Below are positions 1 to 9,438 of a stretch of DNA of 53,846 nucleotides, piece by piece. Position 1 is the first letter of the stretch. Every line of letters begins with the position of its first letter. The DNA is from an uncultured Clostridia bacterium (GTDB lineage: Bacteria; Bacillota; Clostridia; Oscillospirales; Acutalibacteraceae). Made by a program: the position numbers and the translations under genes. The notes under the pieces are model-generated. The model saw nothing but the letters and a program-made list of their open reading frames with translations. It was not told where the DNA came from and ran no database searches. Location: the NCBI GenBank assembly GCA_947165755.1, contig CAMVBR010000001.1, positions 1 to 53,846 of the forward strand. Direction: 5' to 3'.

Positions 1-843
1 GCAGGGTATGGCTGTACGTTGTCGCCGGTGTGTGCGCCGGGGCGGCGCTGTTCCTCGTTTCCTGCGCGGCCTTCTTTACCGGTACGGATGTAAAGGCGAT
101 CGTTACCGGCGTTTCGCAGATGCTCGGCAGCGCGGGGCACGATCCCGTCGCAGGTACCTCGGTGCTGGCCATACGGCTGGCGAAGCCCTACGTGCAGGCC
201 TATCTTTACAACCGCGTGCTGTCGGCACTGTTCGTGCTTGTGTTCGCGGCGGGCGTAATCTTCCACCGATTTACAAAAAAATACGAGACCCTGTTCTTTA
301 CGGCCCTTTCGGTTCTGTTCGCCGCCATGACGGTAAAGCTGCTGCTCACCCCCGCCGGGCTTACGGGCGGGGCGCCCGGAAACAAAGCGGTGCGGAAAAA
401 AACCGGCCCGGCGAAAGGCCGACGAAACGCTCTGCTTCGGCGTTCTGTTCGCGCTGCTGGCGTTTCTGCCCCTCAGCGAAGCCGGGCACTACGCGTATAT
501 GGGGCGGCTGTTTGAAACGGAGCGGATCCTTGCGCCCTCGTCCGAGCCGTTGGATACCGAGATCGGGGAAGGCGCGCTCAAGGGCGTGATCACTACCCGG
601 TCGCTGGCGGAGAATTACATGAAAACACTGCGGGACGCCCGCCGAATCGGCGCGCTGAGCAAAACGGGCTGCTGCGTGCTGGATTTTGCTCCCACCGTAT
701 ATCTGGATTCCCACACCCGGGCGGCGGAACCGTGGCTCCACTTTTTCACCGACGGCTGGCAGGGTGAGAAGCTTTGGTGGGAAACGTACCCCGACCGCCT
801 GTCAGACGTGTTCAATATCCCTTACGACTCCCTCGGCTATTAG
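1..843 (+). pseudogene. Window-truncated, frameshifted copy of the ~600-aa polytopic membrane protein family (paralog of 982-2838)
   Basis: Frame 3 from the window edge (contains track ORF 30-515) matches the middle of the 982-2838 protein by eye (FTGTDVKAIVTGVSQML vs FTGSDLKAMFAGVSEML; ..GPAKG vs ..APAKG). Similarity then continues in frame 1 (DETLCFGVLFALLAFLPLSEAGHYAYMGRLFETERI.., includes track ORF 499-843) against GALLCALLVFIPSFEAWHFVYMARLHETERI. Frame 3 hits TGA at 513-515. The frame switch lies at about 396-425. The copy also ends ~45 aa earlier than its paralogs (no TEGE.GYI.K tail). Confidence 0.6.
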
Positions 844-981
844 ACCTTTGACGATGATACGGCAGAGAAAAAAAGGCTTAGCTCAGCACGCTTGCCTCGA
901 TCCCCGTGGAAGGAGGGGAGGCAGGCTTTATTATCACGGTGGACCGGTAATCCCGGTAAAACCGGAAGGAGGCTGTGACTT

Positions 982-2838
982 ATGAAAACTGCGCGGCGAC
1001 ACGGGCCGCTTTCCGCGGGCACGTCCGCGATACGGCCGTCCGATATCGTTTTTCTGTTCGCGCTCATCGCGGCCGCGGCGTATTTTCTGGCGACCGCGTC
1101 CTACGGTATTACGGTGTGCGACGAAACGATGTACCAGTTTTTCCCCTACCGCATTGCATCGGGCGATAAGCTCTTTGCGGACGACTGGATGATCAGCAAC
1201 CTGATTTCGGTGTTCACGTACCTGCCCTACAGCGTGTATACCTCGCTCTTCGGCGGCGTGGAGGGGCTTGCCCTTTCGCTCAGGTATCTGTACGTCGCTA
1301 TAAAGCTGATCCTGTTCGTTTATATCTACGCGCGGCTGCGGGACTACGGCTGCTGGGCGGTGCTGGCAGGGGTGCTCTTCATCGGCACCGATCTGTTCGG
1401 CATAAAAACCACCAGCTATTATTCCGTTTGCGCCAATGCCGCGGCCATCGCGGGGATCCTGCTGTTTATAAAAAAGGATCGCCGCAAGCCCCATCTGGTT
1501 TTCGCCGGTTTTCTGTTCAGCTGCGCCGTGATCGCCGAGCCATCCGTGGCGCTGGTGTGGTTCGCCTACAGCGCCGCCGTGCTGTTCCGGTCGATCCGCG
1601 CGAAAAAAAAGAAAACGGTGCCGGAGGACGCCGCTTCCGTGCTCTCGCCCGGCGTATGGCTTTACACGTTTATCGGGATCTGCGCGGCTGCGGCCGTGTT
1701 CCTGCTTCTGTGTCTGCTCGTCTTTACCGGCAGCGATCTGAAAGCCATGTTTGCGGGCGTTTCCGAAATGCTGCAGTACGTAACCTTCGATAACGGCAGC
1801 GGTATGTCCACCACACTGATCCGTCTGATGAAGCCGGTCACGTACTGCCTCTATTACGGTGTCTATTTCGCCGTCCCATTCACGGCGGTGTGGCTGCTGT
1901 GCGTGATCCCGAACCGGTTCGGCAGGCGTCGGCGGAAGCAGTTTTTCGCCGTTCTCGCCGTGCTGTATATGCTGATGAACGTGCATCTCATTCTGTACCC
2001 CACCTACCGAAACAGCCACGACTCGTCCGGAGAGGCGGTGAGCCATCCGCTGCTGTTGTCGCTGCTGGCCGCGGCATCCTATGCCTGCACCGAAAAAAAG
2101 AACAAAAAGCTGTTCGCCTTTCTGGTTTTTTCCTTCGCGGTATCGGCGTCGGTGGATCTGTTTTCCAACAATTCCTTCGGTTCCCTGATGCTGGTGGGCT
2201 GCGTTCCCGCCGTTTTGCTGCTGCGCGATTATATCGCCGAGCAGGCGCCGCTGTTCCCGCGCAGGGCGGAGGGCCGCAGAAAAGGCGCGGCTCCCGCCAA
2301 AGGAAAGGCCGCCTTCGGTGCGCTGCTGTGCGCGCTGCTTGTGTTCATTCCCTCCTTTGAGGCGTGGCACTTCGTCTATATGGCCCGCCTGCACGAAACG
2401 GAGCGGATCTTCTGCAAGTCGGATGCGCCGCTGGACGCGGTGATCGATACCGGTATCCTGAAGGGGATCCGCACCACCGCCGCGCTCAAAGAGAATTACG
2501 AAAAAAGCTGCCGCGACGCCCGCGCCGTCGCCGCCGTGTGCGAAAACGGACTGATCGTTGTGGATTACGATACCACGGTCTATATGAACGCCGGGGTGCG
2601 CGTGAACACGCCCGCCACGCATATCGTGGGCAACGACTGGCATACCGAAGAGGGCTGGTGGACTCTGCATCCCGACCGGCGTCCCGACGTGGCCTATATC
2701 CCGTTTTTTACCCTGAGTTATATTGAATTCAACGATATCACTGCCGAAGAAAAGCTGGCGTGGTTTGAAGAAAACGCCGATATTACCGTAACCGAAGGGG
2801 AGATCGGTTATATCGTAAAGATCGACCGGTGGAAATGA
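982..2838 (+). CDS. Polytopic membrane protein, family member P1; candidate GT-C-like extracytoplasmic glycosyltransferase (function inferred, family not recognised)
   Basis: 618-aa ORF with GGAAGGAGG just upstream of the ATG and many hydrophobic segments. N-terminal loop motifs CDETMYQFFPYR, FADDW and GGVEGLALSLRYLY. Soluble C-terminal region (GILKGIRTT, ..TEGEIGYIVKI) shared with 4438-6294, 6302-8158 and 11553-13361. Confidence 0.8.
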   Translation: MKTARRHGPLSAGTSAIRPSDIVFLFALIAAAAYFLATASYGITVCDETMYQFFPYRIASGDKLFADDWMISNLISVFTYLPYSVYTSLFGGVEGLALSLRYLYVAIKLILFVYIYARLRDYGCWAVLAGVLFIGTDLFGIKTTSYYSVCANAAAIAGILLFIKKDRRKPHLVFAGFLFSCAVIAEPSVALVWFAYSAAVLFRSIRAKKKKTVPEDAASVLSPGVWLYTFIGICAAAAVFLLLCLLVFTGSDLKAMFAGVSEMLQYVTFDNGSGMSTTLIRLMKPVTYCLYYGVYFAVPFTAVWLLCVIPNRFGRRRRKQFFAVLAVLYMLMNVHLILYPTYRNSHDSSGEAVSHPLLLSLLAAASYACTEKKNKKLFAFLVFSFAVSASVDLFSNNSFGSLMLVGCVPAVLLLRDYIAEQAPLFPRRAEGRRKGAAPAKGKAAFGALLCALLVFIPSFEAWHFVYMARLHETERIFCKSDAPLDAVIDTGILKGIRTTAALKENYEKSCRDARAVAAVCENGLIVVDYDTTVYMNAGVRVNTPATHIVGNDWHTEEGWWTLHPDRRPDVAYIPFFTLSYIEFNDITAEEKLAWFEENADITVTEGEIGYIVKIDRWK

Positions 2839-2875
2839 GCCCCGGCCGCAACGGATTTTTCCGGAAGGATGACTT

Positions 2876-4342
2876 ATGCTGAAACACCGTGTTTTTACCG
2901 CCGGGCTGCTTGCCCTCCTGCTGCTGTGCGCGCCCGTTTTTTTCTTCGGCGCGCGCGGCGCGGCGCAGGCGGACGTGGTTGAGATCGACTTCGGCCTGCA
3001 GCCGTCGGTTTACAAACGGCTGATCTCCGATACGCGCAACGTGCCGCGCAAGGCGTTCGTTTCCGTGAACGGCGGGCCGTATCAGCAGCTTCAGATCAAT
3101 ACCCGCGGCGCGTTCTCCCGCGTGATCGGGCAGGCGATGCCGTCGAAAAAGATCCCCCTGCGCGTGAAATTCCGTTCCGAAAACGATTTTTCCCCGGCGC
3201 TCTCCAATACCTCCGTGGTCTTTGTGAATTCCAAAATGCCCATGGAGCTGTTTACGGAGTATATCGCCCTCGATCTTTACGCCTCGCTCGGCGTTCCCAC
3301 CCCCGCCCATGCGTTTGCCTTCGTGCGGATGAACGGCGTGGACGTAAGCCCCTACCTGGCGGTGGAATCGGTGAATACGCGGTTTCTTGAGAAGCAGTTC
3401 GGCGGGGCGGAGGGCTCCCTGTATAAATCCACCTACGATTACGTGCCGTCCCCCTACCATGAATCCATCTGGTTCGGCGGGCTGGAGGCAAAATCCGACC
3501 GGGGGCACGAAACGCTGCTTCGTCTGCTGGACGCGCTGAACCGGCGCGAGGGGTATGAGGCGTATCTCGATATGGACGAAATACTGCGATATTTCGCCTG
3601 CACCGCCGCCGTAGGGGGAGAGGGCTCGCTGCTCACCGAGCAGAATAACTTCTTTCTTTATGACAACGGCGGTAAGATCGTGCTGATCCCGTGGGATCTG
3701 GGTACGGCCTTCGATACCTCGAAGCGCCCCAGCTGGATTGACTGCTTCTATCTGGACGATTACGAAGACCTGAAAACCCCGCTGTTCGAGCTGATCATGC
3801 AGAACCCGGAATATAAAGAAACCTATCACGCGTATCTGCGCGGGATCTGCGAAACCTTTCTTGCCCCGGCGCGGCTGCATCCTTACGTAACGGGCCTTGT
3901 GGAAACGCTCGCGCCTTATCTCGCGCGGGACGCCGCCATGTTCCTCACCGCGCCCACCACCCCGCAGGATCTGCTGACCGCGTCCGAAATGCAGTATTCC
4001 CCGCTGCTGTATACGCTGGACCGGTATTATCAGTCCCTCACGGCGCAGCTGGACGGGAAAAGCGGCGAGATGTATTACGATCCCGCGGGCGAAACGCTGG
4101 ATATGACCATGACGGGGGAGGGGATCGCCGATTTTCTTGCCGATTATTCCCCGATGCTGGATCCGTCCCTGCCGCAGAAGATCACGGACGCCTATCCGTC
4201 GTGGCGCGCCGGGTATCTGGGGGACGGCATTCCCGACGTGTATTACGAATACTGTATCGCGGGCGCGGTTTTTGTGTTCGGGTGCGCCGCGCTTGTGTTT
4301 TTCTTCCGCTTCCCGGCGCGGCGCGGCCGTACAAAGCGCTGA
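2876..4342 (+). CDS. CotH-family protein (atypical kinase fold family), secreted/membrane-anchored
   Basis: 488-aa ORF with GGAAGGA RBS and an N-terminal signal-like segment (LLALLLLCAPVFFFGARGAAQA). CotH-like core (..PLRVKF.., ELFTEYIALDLYASLGVPTPAHAFAFVRMNGVDVSPYLAVESVN..FLEKQFG..GSLYK). C-terminal hydrophobic anchor (AGAVFVFGCAALVFFF) followed by basic residues. Confidence 0.8.
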   Translation: MLKHRVFTAGLLALLLLCAPVFFFGARGAAQADVVEIDFGLQPSVYKRLISDTRNVPRKAFVSVNGGPYQQLQINTRGAFSRVIGQAMPSKKIPLRVKFRSENDFSPALSNTSVVFVNSKMPMELFTEYIALDLYASLGVPTPAHAFAFVRMNGVDVSPYLAVESVNTRFLEKQFGGAEGSLYKSTYDYVPSPYHESIWFGGLEAKSDRGHETLLRLLDALNRREGYEAYLDMDEILRYFACTAAVGGEGSLLTEQNNFFLYDNGGKIVLIPWDLGTAFDTSKRPSWIDCFYLDDYEDLKTPLFELIMQNPEYKETYHAYLRGICETFLAPARLHPYVTGLVETLAPYLARDAAMFLTAPTTPQDLLTASEMQYSPLLYTLDRYYQSLTAQLDGKSGEMYYDPAGETLDMTMTGEGIADFLADYSPMLDPSLPQKITDAYPSWRAGYLGDGIPDVYYEYCIAGAVFVFGCAALVFFFRFPARRGRTKR

Positions 4343-4363
4343 AATATATAATAAATAAAAAGC

Positions 4364-4429
4364 GCTGTTTCATAACGCCGCGGAATCGTTTCTGTTCCTG
4401 CGCCGTGTGAAACAGCCTTTTTTGTTTTT
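4364..4429. terminator. Possible bidirectional terminator between convergent genes
   Basis: GCTGTTTCA (4364-4372) pairs with TGAAACAGC (4408-4416), followed by CTTTTTTGTTTTT. The opposite strand is also T-rich after the stem. The loop is long (35 nt), so this call is weak. Confidence 0.35.
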
Positions 4430-4437
4430 CAGTTCGG

Positions 4438-6294
4438 TTACGAGGGGAAGGGGGAGCGGATGGCGGTAACCTTTATTATATATCCGGCTTCCCCTTCGGT
4501 CAGCTCGCCGTCCACCCATGCAAAGATCCTCTCCCGCATGATCGAAAGCGTTCTGTCGTCCATTCGGGAAAACAGCCCTTTTTCGTAATACGGAATATAA
4601 ATATAAGCGGGCTGCTGCGCCGGACGCAGCTGCCAGAACGCAGCGAGCCGGTCGGTTTCATAATACTCAAACCATGCGGTGTAGGTCCCGTAGGGCAGAT
4701 CAAGGTATAAATACGTGTAGGGCGCAAGGGCGGGCACGGTTACCGGCGCGCCGCCGGCGGCATTTTTGATCAAATCGAGATCGCGCAGCGTGGCGGCGTA
4801 TACCTCGGCTGTGTGCTCTGTGGTCACGAGCCCCCGCAGCGGCCCCTTTTCAATCGCCGTATCAAGCGGCGCGGGATCGCGCAGGAGCAGCTTTTCATAC
4901 GGCTTGTAAATCGTTTGCGCAAGAACATATGCGCCGTGCCATGCGATCACGGCCGCGCAGCAAAGGCAGAGCGCGGCGCGGTAAAACGGGCGGGCGGATT
5001 TTTTTTGCGCCGGGGCGTTTTTCTTTTTCCGTTCCGGCTCCGCCGCGGCCGTGCGCAGCTCCGGAAGGAAAACGGAAAGCTGCAGTATGCACGCCATGCG
5101 CACAATACCTATGCCGCTTGCGATGATCACCGCGGAAGAGGCGTCCACCGAAACGGAAAATAAAACGCCGGAAAGCCAAAGCACGGTGAGACGGGGGGCG
5201 TTATTCCCGCACAGCAGCCACAGCACCGGAGAAAACAGCAGCAGTGGGAACCCGTGGTATTCGCAGAACGCCGCCATTACCGTGATCTCGTCGGCGCCGA
5301 AGGTTTTCACTCCCGCGTATACGCAGCAGCCCGCAAGCGAAATGCAGGCGCACAGAAACACAATACGTTTTGCTCTCGGGGCCGGTTTTTTCCGGATGCG
5401 CAGCGCCGCCGCGGCGATCAGCGCCGCCGAAAGTCCCGCAATGAAGGGGCTCCCGAAATAGCCGCAGGCTTCCCGCAGCTTGTTCAGAAGCGTTGTGTCC
5501 AGCTTGCCGATCTCCGCGCCTGAGGTAAGGTAAGGAAATGCGGCGGCGAAGTTCCGGAATGCGCCGGAAAGAAACATATACGTCATAAAAACGGCGAACA
5601 CGGCCGCAGCGCCCGCGGCTGTTCCGAGAAAAACGCGTCCGCGCAGAATAAACCCGTATTTTTCCGGAACGGTTCCGGTTTTTTTTCTCCGCACGGCGCG
5701 AACCGACACGGCGGCGGCCCATAGAAGAAAGCAGAAAAACAAATAAGGTTCTTCCAGTACTGCGCAGGCGAGCAGCACGCCGCAGAACAGCAGGCCGGGA
5801 ACGCCTTTTTCCCGTTCGTCTATGATCAGCAGCATGCCGAAGGCTGCCGCGGCCATCGGGGCGGCGGTAAAATAAGTGATGCTGAAAATCGTTTGCAGTA
5901 TCACGGCGCTGAACGAAAAGGCCGCCAGTATGCCCCAGATGCGGAAGCGCCGCAGCTTACGGCATAAAAAGACGTAAAAAACGGTGTTTACGGCAATGAA
6001 CAGGCATCGCATGAAAAGAACCAGCCCTTCGGTGCCGCCGGTAACGCGTGTGAACGCCCAGAAGGGGAGCAGGTCCGGCAAATAGGCGAGCTGCGCCACG
6101 TTCCATTCGTCCGCGATCAGCTTTTCACCGAGCAGCAAACGGTGCGGCACGGTATAATAAGCGCATTCGTCCGGCGCCGAAACGCCGTATTTTGCCGTAA
6201 GCAGAAAAAAAACGAACAAAAACGTACCCAGCGAGGCCGCAAGCAGCAGGCTGCGAAAGGCGGGATCTTCTTTCAGTCTTTTTTGTAAATACAT
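4438..6294 (-). CDS. Polytopic membrane protein, family member P2 (GT-C-like candidate)
   Basis: Track ORF 4438-6402 trimmed to the ATG at 6294 (MYLQKRLKEDP..). The longer version overlaps the upstream gene, and GGAAGGAAGGAA precedes 6294. Motifs KYGVSAPDECAYYTVPHR, IADEW, GGTEGLVLFMRCLF and a C-terminal TEGEAGYIIKV. Confidence 0.8.
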   Translation of the reverse strand: MYLQKRLKEDPAFRSLLLAASLGTFLFVFFLLTAKYGVSAPDECAYYTVPHRLLLGEKLIADEWNVAQLAYLPDLLPFWAFTRVTGGTEGLVLFMRCLFIAVNTVFYVFLCRKLRRFRIWGILAAFSFSAVILQTIFSITYFTAAPMAAAAFGMLLIIDEREKGVPGLLFCGVLLACAVLEEPYLFFCFLLWAAAVSVRAVRRKKTGTVPEKYGFILRGRVFLGTAAGAAAVFAVFMTYMFLSGAFRNFAAAFPYLTSGAEIGKLDTTLLNKLREACGYFGSPFIAGLSAALIAAAALRIRKKPAPRAKRIVFLCACISLAGCCVYAGVKTFGADEITVMAAFCEYHGFPLLLFSPVLWLLCGNNAPRLTVLWLSGVLFSVSVDASSAVIIASGIGIVRMACILQLSVFLPELRTAAAEPERKKKNAPAQKKSARPFYRAALCLCCAAVIAWHGAYVLAQTIYKPYEKLLLRDPAPLDTAIEKGPLRGLVTTEHTAEVYAATLRDLDLIKNAAGGAPVTVPALAPYTYLYLDLPYGTYTAWFEYYETDRLAAFWQLRPAQQPAYIYIPYYEKGLFSRMDDRTLSIMRERIFAWVDGELTEGEAGYIIKVTAIRSPFPS

Positions 6295-6301
6295 GGCGCG
6301 T

Positions 6302-8158
6302 TTATTCCTTCCTTCCGTTTTCCGCCGGCAGGCGCAGCGCCGTAACGCGAATGATCGTTCCGGCTTTGCCTTCGGTTCGCTCGCCTTCAACGTATTCTTC
6401 AAGCCCTTCGAGTTTTTCGTTTATCTCGGCGTCCGTCAGCCGCTGATATGAATACATATCGTAGTGCGGCACGTAAATGAATGCCGGCTGCTGCTTCGGG
6501 CGAAGCAGCCAATACGCAGCCAGACGCTGCGGTTCATCGTATTCATACCACGCCGAGTAAGCGCCGTACGGAACGTTCATGTAAAGATAATCAAACGGGA
6601 ACAGCGATAAAACGCATACCGGAGCGCGCTCGGGGTCTTTTGCAAGGATCGCATCCAGATCCTCCAGCGTATCGTAGTAAAAACGCTGTACCGATCGGTT
6701 GGTGCGCAGCCCCTTCCACGGCCCTTTGGTCAGGTTGCAGTCCATCGGCTCGCTGTAAAACAGAAATTCCCATGGTTTTTGCACGGTTTCCATCGCAAAA
6801 TATCCGCCGTTCCACAGCAGCGCTGCCGCCGCGCACACCGCAAGAAAGCTCTGCGCGGCGCGCGTGCCCTTTGAAAGAACGTTTTTTTTCGGTTCGTTTC
6901 CTTTTGATGAAACCGTAGGGTCCCGCAGTTCCCTCAGCAGTACGGGCAGCTGAAGGATGCACGCCGTGCGCACAAGACCGCCGCCGCTGGCGAGGATCAC
7001 GGTGGAGGAAACGTCCACCAGAACAGAGAACAGCACGCCGATCAGCCACAAGGCGAACAGTCGCGGTGTTTTTTTATCGCACAGCAGCCAGAGTGTGGGG
7101 GAAAACAGCATCAGCGTAAAATTATTGTATTGCAGAAACGCCACCCAGGTCTCGGGATCTCTGCCGCTGAAGGTATGGATCAGCCCGTACAGGTATCCGC
7201 CCGCCAGAAAAGCGCATGCGCACAGAAACACGATCCTTTTTGCCCGCAGACCGAGGGATTTTTTGAAACGGACTGCCGCCGCAGCGGCGGTGCACGCTGC
7301 CGTTCCCAGAACGAATACGGGGCTTTGCAGCGCCGCCGCGCCGATGAATTTGCTGAAATCGATCAGGTTTTCGCTGTTGTATTCCTCGCCGCTGGCAAGG
7401 TACGGCAGCGCCGCGCCGATCCCCTCAAAGGAGCCGCTCAGCAGCAGGTACGCCATGTACGGCACGAACACCGCAACCGCGCCCGCCGTCGTCCATATAA
7501 AGACGCGACCGCGCAAAAGCCCCGCGGCGTCGCCGAAGGCAGCCCCTTTTTTCACGCGCATCTCCCGCAGCAGCGTGAGCGCGAACCACAGAAGAAAAAT
7601 CAGGATCAGAAACGGCTCCGCCAGAATGCCGAAGGCCATCACAACGCCGGTAAACAGCAGCGTGAACGCGCCGTGTTCCTTTCCGTCCGTCAGGATCAGG
7701 CAGACCGCCAGCGCGGCCATGGGGGCGGCGGTAAAATAGGCGATGGTGAGCAGCGTTTGCTGGATCACGGCGCAAAACAGAAAGGCCGCCGCAACGCCCC
7801 AGCCCTTATACCTGCGCAGCTTTATATACAGCCATACGTAGTAGATCGCGACGATCGCGATAAACAGGTACCGCATGAAGAGGATCAGCCCTTCGGTGCC
7901 GTCGGTCAGCTTTATATATAATAGGTTCGGCAGCAGGTTCATCAGGTGCACCAGCTGGGCCAGGTTCCACTCGTCCGCGATCATTTTCTCTCCCAGCGAG
8001 AGCCGGTGGGCCACGGTGTAGTAATATCCCTCGTCCGGCGCGCTGACGCCGTATTTTGCCGTGCACAGCAAAAAAACGACCAGCGCCGCGCCCAGCACGG
8101 CGGCGAGCACGTCGAAGGCGAAATATTCGTTTTGCGTAAGTTTTTTCAGTTTTGTCAT
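6302..8158 (-). CDS. Polytopic membrane protein, family member P3 (GT-C-like candidate), tandem duplicate of P2
   Basis: Track ORF 6302-8374 trimmed to the ATG at 8158 (MTKLKKLTQNEYF..). The upstream extension runs through an AT-rich promoter region. Motifs KYGVSAPDEGYYYTVAHR, IADEW, DGTEGLILFMRYLF, RAKRIVFLCAC (identical in P2) and a C-terminal TEGKAGTIIRV. Confidence 0.8.
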   Translation of the reverse strand: MTKLKKLTQNEYFAFDVLAAVLGAALVVFLLCTAKYGVSAPDEGYYYTVAHRLSLGEKMIADEWNLAQLVHLMNLLPNLLYIKLTDGTEGLILFMRYLFIAIVAIYYVWLYIKLRRYKGWGVAAAFLFCAVIQQTLLTIAYFTAAPMAALAVCLILTDGKEHGAFTLLFTGVVMAFGILAEPFLILIFLLWFALTLLREMRVKKGAAFGDAAGLLRGRVFIWTTAGAVAVFVPYMAYLLLSGSFEGIGAALPYLASGEEYNSENLIDFSKFIGAAALQSPVFVLGTAACTAAAAAVRFKKSLGLRAKRIVFLCACAFLAGGYLYGLIHTFSGRDPETWVAFLQYNNFTLMLFSPTLWLLCDKKTPRLFALWLIGVLFSVLVDVSSTVILASGGGLVRTACILQLPVLLRELRDPTVSSKGNEPKKNVLSKGTRAAQSFLAVCAAAALLWNGGYFAMETVQKPWEFLFYSEPMDCNLTKGPWKGLRTNRSVQRFYYDTLEDLDAILAKDPERAPVCVLSLFPFDYLYMNVPYGAYSAWYEYDEPQRLAAYWLLRPKQQPAFIYVPHYDMYSYQRLTDAEINEKLEGLEEYVEGERTEGKAGTIIRVTALRLPAENGRKE

Positions 8159-8195
8159 GAAAAACCGTCCCGGAATTTGAAATTCTTTCACTATA

Positions 8196-8224
8196 ATTAT
8201 ATGAAAAGCGATTTTCTTTGTCAA
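8196..8224 (-). promoter_or_regulatory. SigA-type promoter for the minus-strand P3-P2 operon
   Basis: On the minus strand, TTGACA (8224-8219), a 17-nt spacer, then TATAAT (8201-8196), about 40 nt upstream of the ATG at 8158. Confidence 0.5.
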
Positions 8225-8269
8225 TGGGCTTTGGCGTTCCCCGGGCAGACCCTTTCGGGGAAATACGTA

Positions 8270-8298
8270 TTGCATTTTTATGCATATCCTGTTAAAAT
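8270..8298 (+). promoter_or_regulatory. SigA-type promoter (extended -10) for the aminotransferase operon
   Basis: TTGCAT (8270-8275), a 17-nt spacer ending in TGt, then TAAAAT (8293-8298). The ATG is at 8330. Confidence 0.5.
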
Positions 8299-8329
8299 AG
8301 AACTGAACTATACCGAAACGGAGCCAAAT

Positions 8330-9427
8330 ATGGAAATCTTTGCCGCCCGGGTGGACCGCGCCTACGCGCTGCACGAAAAAGAATACGAACAGAAAGCGCT
8401 GGAGATCCTGCGCTCAGGTTCCTATATTCTCGGCCGGGAGCTCGCCGCGTTCGAGGAGGCCTTTGCCGCGTATATCGGCATGCCCTTCTGCGTGGGGGTG
8501 GCCAGCGGTCTGGATGCGCTGCGCATCACGTTCCGCATGCTGGGGCTGGGGCCCGGGGACGAGGTCATCGTGCAGGCCAACACCTTCATCGCGGGGGTGA
8601 TGGGTATCACCGACTGCGGCGCTTCTCCGGTGTTTGCGGAGCCGGACGAATATTTCGGGCTGGATCCGCGCGGGCTGGAGGGGCTTTTGACCTCCCGTAC
8701 CCGCGCCGTGCTGGTCACCCATCTTTACGGGCTGATGACGCCTATGGAAGAGATCCTGCGCTTCTGCAAAGGGCACGGCCTGCTGCTGGTGGAGGACTGC
8801 GCGCAGGCTCACGGAGCCGCCTGGCGCGGGCAGAAGGCCGGTTCCTTCGGGGACGCCGCCTGCTTCTCCTTCTACCCCACGAAAAATCTCGGCGGCTTCG
8901 GCGACGGCGGCGCCGTGCTCGTGCGGGACGCCGCTTTGCGGGACCGTATGCGCGCCTTCCGCAGCTACGGCAGCGAAAAAAAATACTACAACTGCATGAT
9001 CGGCGCAAATTCCCGGCTCGACGAGCTGCAGGCCGGTCTGCTTTCGGTGCGGCTGCGGCATCTGGACGAACTTAACACCGAGCGCAACGTGCTGGCGGAG
9101 CGCTACGCCGGGGGGATCCGCAACCCGCTGCTCACCCTGCCCGCGCCCCGGCCCGAAACCTATAACGTGTGGCACCAGTATGTGCTGCGCTGCCCCGCGC
9201 GCGACGCGCTGCAGGCCTTTCTGGAGGCGCGCGGCGTCCGCACGCTGATCCACTATCCCATCCCGCCGCATCTGAGCGAAGCTTACCGGTATCTGGGCAT
9301 GAAGCCCGGCAGCCTGCCCGCGGCCGAGCGGCTGAGCGACACGGTGCTCTCATTGCCGATGTATAACGGCATGACCGAAGCGGAGCAAGCCTGCGTGATC
9401 GACGCGCTGAACGCGTTTTCCGTTTGA
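8330..9427 (+). CDS. DegT/DnrJ/EryC1/StrS-family PLP-dependent sugar aminotransferase
   Basis: Track ORF 7946-9427 trimmed to the ATG at 8330 (MEIFAARVD..; GGAG 8 nt upstream). Family-typical segments ILGRELAAFEEAFAAYIG, GLDALR, GDEVIVQANTFIA, LVEDCAQAHGA and the lysine motif SFYPTKNLGGFGDGGAV. Confidence 0.9.
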   Translation: MEIFAARVDRAYALHEKEYEQKALEILRSGSYILGRELAAFEEAFAAYIGMPFCVGVASGLDALRITFRMLGLGPGDEVIVQANTFIAGVMGITDCGASPVFAEPDEYFGLDPRGLEGLLTSRTRAVLVTHLYGLMTPMEEILRFCKGHGLLLVEDCAQAHGAAWRGQKAGSFGDAACFSFYPTKNLGGFGDGGAVLVRDAALRDRMRAFRSYGSEKKYYNCMIGANSRLDELQAGLLSVRLRHLDELNTERNVLAERYAGGIRNPLLTLPAPRPETYNVWHQYVLRCPARDALQAFLEARGVRTLIHYPIPPHLSEAYRYLGMKPGSLPAAERLSDTVLSLPMYNGMTEAEQACVIDALNAFSV

Positions 9428-9438
9428 GAGGTGCGCAT

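Noticed and set aside
7946-8329. Long 5' extensions of track ORFs (7946-8329; also 6295-6402, 8159-8374, 14303-14356, 19270-19401, 20054-20095, 23921-23986, 32718-32831, 36350-36556)
   Set aside because: The extensions run through the neighbouring gene or promoter regions, lack an RBS and give non-protein-like sequence. Internal starts with GGAGG-type RBS sit at the point where family-conserved N-termini begin.
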